49,629 bases of DNA, from NCBI GenBank assembly GCA_000708835.1, contig DF237583.1, positions 1 through 49,629 on the forward strand. The letters run 5' to 3'. The translations under genes were made by a program, and so were the position numbers. Numbering within the stretch: position 1 is the first letter of the stretch; each line of letters begins with the position of its first letter. Under the pieces are notes generated by a model that saw only the letters and a list, made by a program, of their open reading frames with translations, was not told the origin of the DNA and searched no databases. This document shows positions 9,347 through 18,656 of the stretch, one piece after another. Source of the stretch: Klebsormidium nitens (Eukaryota; Plantae; Klebsormidiophyceae).

Positions 9347-10534
9347 CTACTCAGTCTCTCTCTTGCGCTTTGCCTTCCTCTGCCTCGCACCCTTGGTTTG
9401 GCCCTGGTCCTCCCAGCTGTAGCCGTCATAGAACAGGTGCTCGACGGTCACTTCGCGTTCAGGCACGTGCGTGAGGTGGTAGTTCAGGCGCTCAAGGTAA
9501 ACCTTCATTCGTGCTTCCCACATGGCCTGATCCCTGATGACGGGCACCCCGAGCTTGTTGTACTTGAAGCAGCTCGGGTGCTTCAGGCCATCAGCAGATG
9601 TGAAGCTGTCTGGGTTGAAGCGCAGCTGCACCTGGGGCCGGTTGCCAGCATCCTGAAAGAGCTCCATGAGCCTCTTGTTGTCACAGGAGTAGTTGCTGGA
9701 AGAGTGCTGCTCCTCGTCGCACTCCGAGTGTACGGTGTGGGTGTACACATCGACGAAGATGTCCGGCCTCCGCGCCGAGCACCCCCCCTGAAGCTTCTTG
9801 TCGAAGGTGACCTGCGCCGTGTCTGGGAGAACGCCTGCTGCCTTGATGTGGTCAACGAAGTGTTGCTCCTTGATTTTGTAATTCCGAGAGACCTTCTCGT
9901 CTGGGAAAAGGAACACAAAGCAGCGAAGACAATAGCCCTTGTTGCGGTTCTGCACGATCGTGCTGCATCCGTTGAGACACTTGTTGTGCGCAACGTCCTC
10001 CATGCCCTCAGTCTTACAGTGTGCACAATGAGTGCGTGGACCACCTATGAGGCCAAAGCTCGGGATTCCCCTCTGGCAGAAGCACTTTTTAGTAACAACG
10101 TTAAGCATGTCCTCAGTTTTGCATATGGCACAATGGGTAGGCTGTCTCCACTTGAGCCCGAAGCTGGGCAGCTGTTGCCCACAGTAGCACTTCTTGTGAA
10201 CCAAGTCCACCATGCCTTCGCCCCTGCATTCGGCGCAGTGGGTGGGGCGCTCGTCTCTGAAGCCAAAGCTTGGCTGCCCGCGCCCGCACACACACGTTTT
10301 GTTTTTGACATCCACCATACCATCCAACTTGCAGCGGGCGCAATGTGTAGGACTCTTTCCACCATTCCCAAAGGTTGGCTGCCCTTGTTTGCATGCACAT
10401 CTCTTGTTCTTGACATCAATCATGCCCTCCAGCTTACACTTCAAACAGTGGGAGGGCTTGTTTCCTTCAAACCCAAAGGTAGGCCGAGCCCGCTTGCACC
10501 TGCACAAAGGCCTCTTCCGTTGTACTTTTTCCAT
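9347..10534 (-). CDS. EsV-1-7 Cys-rich repeat protein (5 x 35 aa) with C-terminal Vsr/PD-(D/E)XK-like endonuclease
   Basis: Repeats CxC...PxFG...PTHCxxCKxxGMxDV; then RRPDIF...SECDEEQH...QLRFNPD. Confidence 0.85.
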   Translation of the reverse strand: MEKVQRKRPLCRCKRARPTFGFEGNKPSHCLKCKLEGMIDVKNKRCACKQGQPTFGNGGKSPTHCARCKLDGMVDVKNKTCVCGRGQPSFGFRDERPTHCAECRGEGMVDLVHKKCYCGQQLPSFGLKWRQPTHCAICKTEDMLNVVTKKCFCQRGIPSFGLIGGPRTHCAHCKTEGMEDVAHNKCLNGCSTIVQNRNKGYCLRCFVFLFPDEKVSRNYKIKEQHFVDHIKAAGVLPDTAQVTFDKKLQGGCSARRPDIFVDVYTHTVHSECDEEQHSSSNYSCDNKRLMELFQDAGNRPQVQLRFNPDSFTSADGLKHPSCFKYNKLGVPVIRDQAMWEARMKVYLERLNYHLTHVPEREVTVEHLFYDGYSWEDQGQTKGARQRKAKRKRETE

Positions 10535-10743
10535 ACCGTTTGAGTATGAATCAGCAGTTTGTTTGTTCTTAAGCCAACGCACTCTCTGTCAAGCATTAGG
10601 CCCTCCTTGGCAAGCCTTGGCATGCAAGCCAATTGCTGGCACTGGTGGTGCCCTCTCTTGCCAGGGAGTGCCACCCGTTGCAGGAACAAAGAGTAAGAAA
10701 GTCGCCTTTGGTGCTTCATTTTCAAAATACTCCAAGCGCCAAG

Positions 10744-11274
10744 ATGATGCTCTTCATCGGACCTTTGGTGGATCTCTGGCCAGTCAGGCGCTATGCGTAC
10801 GCACACAGCGATTTCATCTATGTCGATGGCCTGCCCAAGAGCAGGTACTTTGAACCCAATCAAGCTGGTTGGCAGGTTTCAAAGGACAAGGAAACGATGG
10901 TATCCCACATCAGAGACAATCTGCAGTCTGACGATGCACTTGTCTCTGATGAAGAGCTTCCCAACGACGTGCACGTCTTCAGGCTGCAAGGTGGTGCCAA
11001 ACTCACGTACTACTTCAACAGATTGGACACCGACATACCCAGCGACCCACTTCTGAAGGACGTTCTGCCCCTGGTGACCGCCGTTTACATTCAAGGATGC
11101 CGGCCCAAGTTGCCACAATTGCCCCTTCTAAAAAGGTGCTACTACACTGGAGCTTGTAGTGATGTTGAGGTTCCAGAGTCTGTTCTGACCATCATAGTCC
11201 CTGAGGTGGATGACAATCTTGAATATTCTCACGAAATAAGGTGTGATTATTGCGAGGAGACTATTGAGCTGTAG
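10744..11274 (+). CDS. Hypothetical protein
   Basis: Open frame filling the interval; no motif recognised. Confidence 0.5.
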   Translation: MMLFIGPLVDLWPVRRYAYAHSDFIYVDGLPKSRYFEPNQAGWQVSKDKETMVSHIRDNLQSDDALVSDEELPNDVHVFRLQGGAKLTYYFNRLDTDIPSDPLLKDVLPLVTAVYIQGCRPKLPQLPLLKRCYYTGACSDVEVPESVLTIIVPEVDDNLEYSHEIRCDYCEETIEL

Positions 11275-12154
11275 AGAGGATTGGGGCGGAACTCTGCTTT
11301 CCAGCTTGTGCGTCCAGAGCAAGGGAGTCATTCGCCGCGTCGAGTGCTTGATCCTCCCCTGGTGCCAACAAGCACTGAATGTACACTCTCAGTGTGTGAT
11401 AGTGGAGGTCAATTGGGTCATAGATTCCAAAAAGCCGCCGCAAAGCATGTTTCAAGAAGAAAATCCAGTCTCTCATACCGTGCGGTCCTTGTAAAGTGCA
11501 CTCTGTTGGCACGTGCGCGTACATGGAAAGATGCCGGGGGATGGGATCAAACTTGTGAGAGACTCTGATCGAAGTCTTCACCCTTTCTGCAAAGCGGATT
11601 ATAAAGGTTGCATTGCCCAGAGGAGGCGAACCGAAAGTGACGCATCTAATCCTTGCGTCTGGGAACTCGCGGGTCATGTCGTAAGCACAGAGCGTCGCAA
11701 TTGCCCCTCCACTAGAGTGGCCCGTGCACGTGATTGCTGCATTCGGGTGGTCATTGAGGAACGTTCTCACAAGTTCGACACATTTTGGAGCATATCGGGC
11801 GTACCTCTGGCAGAAGCCCCTGTGAACAAACACTCCGGGGTCCATCTCGGACGCTGGATGCTCGCGAAGAAGGTCGAGGTCCTCACATACGTCAGAGAAA
11901 TCGGCCGTTCCTCTGAAAGCCAAGACGATCTCGCGCTCGAGTTTCAAACAGATGAAGCCTTCTGCAACGGTCTGAATGTCAGTCACATCTATCTTGCACT
12001 CTTCTGGAAGCCCTTCACTTGTATAGGCGAGCCACGAGTAAGCTGCACATGCAAGGACGGTAGACATTGACGGACGTACTATCACCGTCAGCGCGAAAAA
12101 ATCTCGCACGTATTCAGGTGCAGCTGTTGCTGGTGCTGGAGCATCGTTGGGCAT
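11261..12154 (-). CDS. Class 3 lipase
   Basis: IVLAFRGT, VHRGF, ITCTGHSSGGAIA, TFGSP, RVSHKFDPIP. Confidence 0.9.
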   Translation of the reverse strand: MPNDAPAPATAAPEYVRDFFALTVIVRPSMSTVLACAAYSWLAYTSEGLPEECKIDVTDIQTVAEGFICLKLEREIVLAFRGTADFSDVCEDLDLLREHPASEMDPGVFVHRGFCQRYARYAPKCVELVRTFLNDHPNAAITCTGHSSGGAIATLCAYDMTREFPDARIRCVTFGSPPLGNATFIIRFAERVKTSIRVSHKFDPIPRHLSMYAHVPTECTLQGPHGMRDWIFFLKHALRRLFGIYDPIDLHYHTLRVYIQCLLAPGEDQALDAANDSLALDAQAGKQSSAPILSTAQ

Positions 12155-12350
12155 GTTGCCTCAGCTGCTCGTAGGCGGCATAGTGCTGGTACTCGGTTTT
12201 GTCATCTATGCTAGAGAGTCAAAGAAACTCAAGCAACAGCAGAGTCGATTCAGGCTGTACTTTGGGCTGGCTGTCATGCTGCTTGGCAGTATCATAGGGC
12301 TCGGTCTTGGTGCGGGCTTTACATTTCACCAATTGATGGATCAGGTGTAA
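12153..12350 (+). CDS. Small two-TM membrane protein
   Basis: Two hydrophobic helices separated by a basic loop. Confidence 0.55.
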   Translation: MLPQLLVGGIVLVLGFVIYARESKKLKQQQSRFRLYFGLAVMLLGSIIGLGLGAGFTFHQLMDQV

Positions 12351-12378
12351 GGCACGCAGTAGTGAAGTCTCAAAGCTA

Positions 12379-12987
12379 CTATCCTGCAGTGCTTGCGATC
12401 GCACTGCACACGTTCCAGGAAGAGGTCGCCTCACTGTAGCTTTGAAACAGTAGAGCGCCCTTCGTTGCAAGGATGCGCCAAGAGCCATCGGCTTTTGGCC
12501 CAAACATTACAGCGTTGACGTCATCAGACGAAAGATCCACTGTTTCGCCATTGTTCTGGACAACAATTGTGGTCTGTGGGGCGAGCTTCTCGCTTGTCAC
12601 GGCCCCAGGTGCAATGTTTGCACTTCCCACGGCGTTTGTCCCGAGGAGAATCTTGATCTTGGCCCACGAGCTGCTGTTGTCCCCCAAACCAGGCCCAAGG
12701 AAGACGTACGTGTCCCCAGCATGCGCAAGGCTGCTGTCCGATTGCGGGGCGAAGCCGGGATAGCTCAGCAGCCCCCCTCGAGCAACCCCAAAGTAGTCAC
12801 CCACGACACGCCCAGCAGTGTTGTTTTCCAGGAGAGGATTCGGGCTCGGATCGCTCACATCTACATCGCCCAGCCATCTCTTTGTTGGCAAGGTCAGCGT
12901 GCCACTCGTTGCCCCGGAAGACGTCCCCGGAGCATTGATGCCGGGGTCATCATCGAACTCATTCAACAGCTGGTTGAACAAGCTCAT
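12379..12987 (-). CDS. Putative virion structural/fibre-associated protein
   Basis: NIAPGAVTSEKLA fibre-type motif and C-terminal DGSWRI...LLFQSY...W motif. Confidence 0.5.
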   Translation of the reverse strand: MSLFNQLLNEFDDDPGINAPGTSSGATSGTLTLPTKRWLGDVDVSDPSPNPLLENNTAGRVVGDYFGVARGGLLSYPGFAPQSDSSLAHAGDTYVFLGPGLGDNSSSWAKIKILLGTNAVGSANIAPGAVTSEKLAPQTTIVVQNNGETVDLSSDDVNAVMFGPKADGSWRILATKGALLFQSYSEATSSWNVCSAIASTAG

Positions 12988-13257
12988 GGCGGGCACAGTA
13001 CCCCCCTGAAGGACGGCTGCAAATTTGGATCTTCTTTTTTCCGTGCTAGCACTCCGCAGACTCCTTCTTGCTGACCCCTTTGTCAAGCTCTCTCTTGTTG
13101 TCGAGGCTTGTGCTTCTGTGCATCTTTGTCATACCTCTTGTCAGCTCCTTCAGCTGCATGGCATGTTGATTGGAAGGCTGTGGTGCAAGATGTCTGGTGC
13201 GAACGTGTACTTAAGGTTAAAGAGTCTCTTAAAACTTACCAACGTTTCAAAGAGGCA

Positions 13258-14730
13258 ATGGCAGGCAAGCGGAAGAGGAGTGGACAGCTTTGCGTCACCA
13301 ACGCATGCACGAAGGTAGCGCGCAGCAAGAGTAAGCATTGTGTAGAGCATGGTGGAGGCCGTCGCTGCCTGAGTAACGGTTGCATAACAATTGCACGGGG
13401 CCAGACGGATTATTGTGTGAAGCATGGAGGCGGCCGCCGATGCCTCACTGAAGGATGCAAAAGGTCGGCACAAGGCACAACAGATCACTGTAAAAAGCAC
13501 GGGGGCGGTCGCCGCTGTCGGACCAATAAGTGCACAAAGTCGGCTGTTGGCAAGACAGATCACTGCGTGGAGCACGGAGGCGGCCGCCGTTGCCTGACAG
13601 AAGGATGCACAAAGTCGGCTGCTGGCAAGACAGACCATTGCGTAGAGCACGGAGGCGGCCACCGGTGCCTGACAGAAGGATGCACAAAGTCGGCTGCTGG
13701 CAAGACGGACCGCTGCATAGAGCACGGAGGCGGCCGCCGGTGCTTGACTGAGGGCTGCAAGAAGTCTGCACAGGGCAAGACAGACCACTGCATAGAGCAC
13801 GGAGGCGGCCGCCGGTGCCTGACTGAGGGATGCACAAGAGGGGCACAGGGGAAGACGGACCACTGCATAGAGCACGGAGGCGGCCGCCGGTGCCTGACTG
13901 AGGGATGCACAAAAGGGGCACAGGGGAAGACGGACCACTGCATAGAGCACGGAGGTGGCCGACGGTGCCGGACCAGGGGTTGCACGAAAGCTGCACGGGG
14001 CAAAACGGACCACTGCGTGGAGCATGGGGGCGGCCGCCGTTGTGAGAGAAGCGGGTGCACAAAATCAGCAGCAGGCAAAACGGCGCACTGTGTAGAACAT
14101 GGGGGCGGCAGCCGGTGCCTGACCGATGGGTGCACAAAGTCGGCCGTTGGCATGACGGACCACTGTGTGGAGCACGGAGGCGGGAATCGCTGCATTGTCT
14201 GCTCTGGAGTGTCCGTTCCTTTCTCTGGTGGGGCTTGCTACTCGTGCCGGTCTGGCACGTCTCTCAAGAAGTGGGAGACATTGACCACCCAATGGCTCCG
14301 CAACCTGGACTGGCCCTGGTCCTATAACGACGAGACGCTCCCGTGCGCCAATGCAATGTCTACACGGGACAAGTCGTGCATCAAGCGCCCCGACTACGTC
14401 TTCGTCTTTGAGACGCACGCTGTCATCCTTGAGGTCGACGAGAATTACCACCGCTACTACGAGATCTCGTGCGAAGTAGACCGCATGGGCAAAATCAAGG
14501 ATCTTGTGAGGCTCCCGCTGCACTTTGTGCGCTTCAACCCGGCCAAGACGCGCTACCCGCTCCTCAAAGACCTCCTCGAACGCCTCTTTCGGGACCCTGA
14601 AGGGGCACAGAACGCTGCAGGCGTTCTCGTGCACTTTGTTGGTTACCCAGAGGATAGGATTCAGGACCTCGAAGATCAGGAGGAGTTCTGTTATGAGTAC
14701 GAGAGGATTGCATGCAGGGCTGCGATGTAG
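13258..14730 (+). CDS. WRKY19-like CCCH zinc-finger array (12 x 25 aa) fused to a Vsr/PD-(D/E)XK-like endonuclease
   Basis: Repeat RRCLTEGCTKSAxGKTDHCVEHGGG; then KRPDYVF...ILEVDENYH...VRFNP. Confidence 0.9.
   Translation: MAGKRKRSGQLCVTNACTKVARSKSKHCVEHGGGRRCLSNGCITIARGQTDYCVKHGGGRRCLTEGCKRSAQGTTDHCKKHGGGRRCRTNKCTKSAVGKTDHCVEHGGGRRCLTEGCTKSAAGKTDHCVEHGGGHRCLTEGCTKSAAGKTDRCIEHGGGRRCLTEGCKKSAQGKTDHCIEHGGGRRCLTEGCTRGAQGKTDHCIEHGGGRRCLTEGCTKGAQGKTDHCIEHGGGRRCRTRGCTKAARGKTDHCVEHGGGRRCERSGCTKSAAGKTAHCVEHGGGSRCLTDGCTKSAVGMTDHCVEHGGGNRCIVCSGVSVPFSGGACYSCRSGTSLKKWETLTTQWLRNLDWPWSYNDETLPCANAMSTRDKSCIKRPDYVFVFETHAVILEVDENYHRYYEISCEVDRMGKIKDLVRLPLHFVRFNPAKTRYPLLKDLLERLFRDPEGAQNAAGVLVHFVGYPEDRIQDLEDQEEFCYEYERIACRAAM
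13291..14184 (+). repeat. 75-bp coding tandem repeat, 12 units
   Basis: Unit approx. CGCCGGTGCCTGACTGAGGGATGCACAAAG...GACCACTGCATAGAGCACGGAGGCGGC. Confidence 0.95.
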
Positions 14731-14740
14731 ACACCCCCTG

Positions 14741-15751
14741 CTAGCTCTCTTGTGGGTCCTTGAACAGATAATATGCGGCTGAACCGAGACCCACGAGAGC
14801 AGCCGCCGCAACCACCTTCTTTCCCACTCCCGAATCCTTTTCTGGCAGTGGCTCTTTTGCTCTGATTGTTGGTACCAACGGAGCGCTGAGCGTCACTGGC
14901 TTGCAAACAGGTTGCTGTGAGCTTAGAATGTCATTTTTGAAAGCCATTGCGAGCTGCACGACCTCCAGAGTCAGGCTGTGGTCCAGGCCGTCCGGTAGGT
15001 AAGCGCGGCCCTTGTCATTGACAAGTCTCATTGTCACGCGGTCTAGCTTGATTGGTTGGAAGTAATTGTGGAGCATGTCACATGCATCGGCATAGTAGTA
15101 CTTGATGGAGCCCGTTACACAATCTAAAGGAACTCTGGCAAGCACGTTCCTCACCTGCATAGCCCCGTTCTGCCTCGAAACCACGCGCTTTGCAGCTATG
15201 CTTGGGAGATTCTCCATCACAAAGTCAACAAACAGAGATGAGGCCAGGTTCACATGCCCACCGGCCGTTTGCACGAGGCCGAAGCTGGTATCAGCCACGG
15301 TGAAGCCCAAGAGTGGTGCTAGACTGTTCTCTGCATTCGGACCACTCCCAAACAGGAGCTTGAAAGGCACCGCGTTCCTGCCGTTTGCCGTGATCGAGAT
15401 CTTGTTGCTCACCGAGTCTATTGCTGCGAGGTACGTGTTCTTCCAGAGGCCAGATGCGAGTGCGACATTCAAAAGGTAGACAAACGACTTGGCAGACACG
15501 TTCCCGGGGTCTAGGCAAATGCTGAAGATTGCCGGGCTGCCCTGCTCGGAAAAGTCCAACCAGCACGCCTGTTCGTTGATGACAGGCATGCTCTTGGGGA
15601 ACACGCACTGTACCAGGGACACGCCAACGACGTCGTTCAGAACTTCTGGCAGCACAATCTCGTACCGTGCTGCCGATGGGTAACGTGCCATGTCCCTGTC
15701 TGCCGAGTCGATGATGAGGTGGCTCCTTAGGATCTTTCGAACAGCAGCCAT
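14741..15751 (-). CDS. NCLDV DUF5901-like putative minor capsid/structural protein
   Basis: Likely start MAAVRK; LIIDSADRD..RYP...YEIVLPEVLNDVVGVSL N-terminus, YFQPIKLDRVTMRLVNDKG, C-terminal TM. Confidence 0.6.
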   Translation of the reverse strand: MAAVRKILRSHLIIDSADRDMARYPSAARYEIVLPEVLNDVVGVSLVQCVFPKSMPVINEQACWLDFSEQGSPAIFSICLDPGNVSAKSFVYLLNVALASGLWKNTYLAAIDSVSNKISITANGRNAVPFKLLFGSGPNAENSLAPLLGFTVADTSFGLVQTAGGHVNLASSLFVDFVMENLPSIAAKRVVSRQNGAMQVRNVLARVPLDCVTGSIKYYYADACDMLHNYFQPIKLDRVTMRLVNDKGRAYLPDGLDHSLTLEVVQLAMAFKNDILSSQQPVCKPVTLSAPLVPTIRAKEPLPEKDSGVGKKVVAAAALVGLGSAAYYLFKDPQES

Positions 15752-15808
15752 GCAATAGCCAAGGATTTGAACATGATAAGCTGATTGCTTTTCCTCTTTG
15801 TATATTGC

Positions 15809-16948
15809 ATGGCAGGCTGCAAGACATGCGAAGCACTCACTGTAAAGCGGACGCAGTGTAGAAAAGCGTCTGCTTGCATCAAGTACCCTGGAACCAGGTT
15901 TTGCTCCACTCATCAACCAGCGACTCACGCCGGGCCGCCCGTGCCTCCCACTGCCCCCGTGCATCCACGCCAGCCCCCAAGGGGAACCCCGGGGCGTAAG
16001 CGTCCACCCGTGACCCCAGTCCCTCCAGTGCGTCAGCGCCAGCCACCTGTGCGCCGTGTGCGCCCACCCAAGACTCCCATCTCCCGAGTGCATCCCCGCC
16101 AGCCTCCAGGTCCCTTTCTCGGGACGCCCCACTCTGGCATGACGAACCTGAACCTGAGCGCTCCCAGACAGCTCAACAAACCCGCCGTAGTCGATAACCT
16201 GGCACGGATCCGGTCTCAAGGATATTACGGCTTGGCATCTCATGGAAACCTTAATGGGAAAGCGTTCCGCGTCCCTGGGGACAAGATCATCGTTGTGATG
16301 ACAGCCCCTGGGGCGTCTATATACACCAGCATTGCAATCTGGCTGATGCAACACATGAACTTGGTTCAAGATGCAGAACGGGGGAACTTGAGCATGCTAA
16401 ACCGCCACATATACACAAGGACCTTCTTGCCCGGTGAGAAAATGCCCGATTTGGACTTGCAATTTAGGGACGATACCCGCTTACACGGTCTCTACAGGCT
16501 TCCGATGTCAAAAGATCAGGGTACGATCAACCCAACCGCAGCTCATCGGGCACAACATGGTGCCAACGACATCCTTTCAACGTTTGACTCAGCATACGTT
16601 CCAGGTAATTACGTCACCAAGCTGAAATTGTTGATGCATCATCATCTTCCATCAGGGGTGTATTTGATCACGTCATGCCGTGACAGGGACGATGTTGGGT
16701 CTGGCAAGTTGCGTAAGATCCAAGACTTGAATTTCAGACGGACATTTGCACAGTTCACCGGAGCCGACCCGAATCCTCCTGAGAGGCCGCCGAGGACGAG
16801 AGCCGAAATACGCAAGTACGAAGCAGATCTGGAATTGATCTCCAGGTGGTGCGTTTCGGAACTGCATAAGGACAAGTTCGACGAGATCCAACGCAAAATC
16901 AACGACCTCAAGAGAAGGATCACCGGTGCACGGAGACCGCGGCGCTAG
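15809..16948 (+). CDS. Protein with N-terminal Cys/His knuckle, Pro/Arg-rich linker and possible peptidase-like (SHG...SCR) domain
   Basis: CEALTVKRTQC...C.....FCSTH; repeated PVHPRQPP; YGLASHG..FRVPG and VYLITSCR. Confidence 0.55.
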   Translation: MAGCKTCEALTVKRTQCRKASACIKYPGTRFCSTHQPATHAGPPVPPTAPVHPRQPPRGTPGRKRPPVTPVPPVRQRQPPVRRVRPPKTPISRVHPRQPPGPFLGTPHSGMTNLNLSAPRQLNKPAVVDNLARIRSQGYYGLASHGNLNGKAFRVPGDKIIVVMTAPGASIYTSIAIWLMQHMNLVQDAERGNLSMLNRHIYTRTFLPGEKMPDLDLQFRDDTRLHGLYRLPMSKDQGTINPTAAHRAQHGANDILSTFDSAYVPGNYVTKLKLLMHHHLPSGVYLITSCRDRDDVGSGKLRKIQDLNFRRTFAQFTGADPNPPERPPRTRAEIRKYEADLELISRWCVSELHKDKFDEIQRKINDLKRRITGARRPRR

Positions 16949-16951
16949 CTG

Positions 16952-17257
16952 TTAACAGTTTTCCTCAAAGAACCTGCAAGCAACCTTCTGCCACGGCTTC
17001 CTTGGAGATGCTGGGGCCCCGCTCGTAGACAGGAGGTCAAGATCACAAAACGCTTCAAACAGCCGGGTCTTGTCTACACTGTCGCACAAGGCCTCGGGTG
17101 CTGTGTACACTCGGTCGCGAAGGATGGCTTCCTCCACCTTTGTCATTGCATCTAACAGCACCTTTGGCGCCCCGTTCTTGGCAAGGACGTCCATCAATCC
17201 TTGGCTGTACTCTTCAAACGAGAGGGTGCGTCTTGCCGAGGTGTCGAAGAATGCCAT
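16952..17257 (-). CDS. Hypothetical protein
   Basis: Open frame, convergent with the neighbouring stop. Confidence 0.45.
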   Translation of the reverse strand: MAFFDTSARRTLSFEEYSQGLMDVLAKNGAPKVLLDAMTKVEEAILRDRVYTAPEALCDSVDKTRLFEAFCDLDLLSTSGAPASPRKPWQKVACRFFEENC

Positions 17258-17307
17258 GCGATTGCTATGCAATTTGTTTGTTTGCAAATTTCCGCATCAA
17301 CCATATC

Positions 17308-17745
17308 ATGGCGCACTCAGCTCTTCTTCAAAGGACCTGCTTACCTGCCACGCGCGCGCTCCGTGAGACTGAGGATCGGAAGCTCCATGTCCGGCGTGGA
17401 ACTCTGCCTGAGCCAGTGCACGTCCTTCGATTCGGCCAGTCCGTTTTGTGCAACCCAACGGGGCTGCAGGACAACAAGATGTGTGCGGTTGCATTCCCGT
17501 GCAGGCAGCTCCTGCAATCAATCCAGGAGATCCTACCACACCGATGCCAGATTGCCAGCATCAGCACCAATGCATTGCTGGACCATGTCGAGGAGCTGCA
17601 CGGCATCGATGGGATCTTTGAGCTCACTGACTGCTTTTGCCAGCTGCAGAATCGGACCACATACTACAAGGTGAGCCAGCTCGAGAACGATGGGCAGTTT
17701 GTTCGGATCTCTGAGCGAACCGTTGAGTTTGATAACCCAGAGTGA
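17308..17745 (+). CDS. Hypothetical protein
   Basis: ATG at 17308; tiles between neighbours. Confidence 0.45.
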   Translation: MAHSALLQRTCLPATRALRETEDRKLHVRRGTLPEPVHVLRFGQSVLCNPTGLQDNKMCAVAFPCRQLLQSIQEILPHRCQIASISTNALLDHVEELHGIDGIFELTDCFCQLQNRTTYYKVSQLENDGQFVRISERTVEFDNPE

Positions 17746-17753
17746 CAGATCAC

Positions 17754-18047
17754 TCAGTGCTGATACACGTTGCGGAAGCAGTTGTAAACTCCCCCCGCCT
17801 TCTTGTCAGCGGCTGGCTGCCAAGAGGCGTAAGACCAGCCGCCACCCAGGATGTCGTGGCAAGCTTGCGGCCCTTGCACATCTGCCTCAGCAGGCTTTCT
17901 CGGGAAGAACTTTTGTCCCCTCGTGAGCGGGATTGTGTCGCGGTCCACCCGTACCAAAGTCCTGAACCCTTCCCTCCTGGTTGCACAGGGTACGAGCAGC
18001 ATCAGCACGACGGCACCAATCAAGATCCCCAATACAGTGTTCTCCAT
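17754..18047 (-). CDS. Small N-anchored membrane protein (virion type)
   Basis: MENTVLGILIGAVVLMLLV..RREGF. Confidence 0.6.
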   Translation of the reverse strand: MENTVLGILIGAVVLMLLVPCATRREGFRTLVRVDRDTIPLTRGQKFFPRKPAEADVQGPQACHDILGGGWSYASWQPAADKKAGGVYNCFRNVYQH

Positions 18048-18097
18048 TTGAATGTACAGTCTCCACAGAGAAAAGTCTGCAGAGGCTTTTTGTGCGC

Positions 18098-18397
18098 ATG
18101 TATCAGATGGAGCAGTCAAAGAACGAGCCCGAAGAGCTGGTGGCTCAGATCAAGCGTGCTGGCTTTGACGTCGTTTGCATCATGCTCATATTCACACTCT
18201 TCTCCAACCTGTCCAGGCACTTTGACCCCGAGCTCCCAGCCATCAAGTACGAGCGGCTGATTGGCTACGGGCTCTTCCTGATATTAAGCACGGCCACGCT
18301 GCGCAGGTTCAAGCCTTCTCTCGCGCAGCTCTTCATCAATGCTCTGTTTATAGGAGTCGCAGCAAACATGGCCAACCACATCAACCACAAAAAGTAG
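18098..18397 (+). CDS. Small multi-TM membrane protein
   Basis: Three hydrophobic segments. Confidence 0.55.
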   Translation: MYQMEQSKNEPEELVAQIKRAGFDVVCIMLIFTLFSNLSRHFDPELPAIKYERLIGYGLFLILSTATLRRFKPSLAQLFINALFIGVAANMANHINHKK

Positions 18398-18434
18398 GTG
18401 CCGATGCCACCAATTTTCCGGTCACCTCATAAAG

Positions 18435-18656
18435 ATGCAGCAGCCCTCGATGCCCGTAGCACTCTGCCTGATGGTTCTGGCCTTCCTCTTGCTCAGCAAG
18501 AAGCAGCTCATCGACAACGGCTACCTGTCGGATTCGGATCACCAGGAGGCTGGCAGGATACCTTCGGAACCTTCGTTGCCCGCGCCACGGGGAGCGGGGA
18601 TTGCCACAGGTGTTGCAGAAACGGCGGCCTTTGGCCCCTTTGGTCGCTCGTCGTGA
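18435..18656 (+). CDS. Small TM protein
   Basis: PVALCLMVLAFLLLSKK helix. Confidence 0.45.
   Translation: MQQPSMPVALCLMVLAFLLLSKKQLIDNGYLSDSDHQEAGRIPSEPSLPAPRGAGIATGVAETAAFGPFGRSS

Noticed and set aside
9398-10543. Long antisense or shifted ORFs (also 13150-14195, 39132-39874, 41463-42890)
   Set aside because: Shadows of GC-rich or repetitive real genes, with no independent motifs.
15752-16369. N-terminal extension of the 14741-16369 ORF
   Set aside because: Antisense to the 15809 gene; the recognisable domain starts at 15751.
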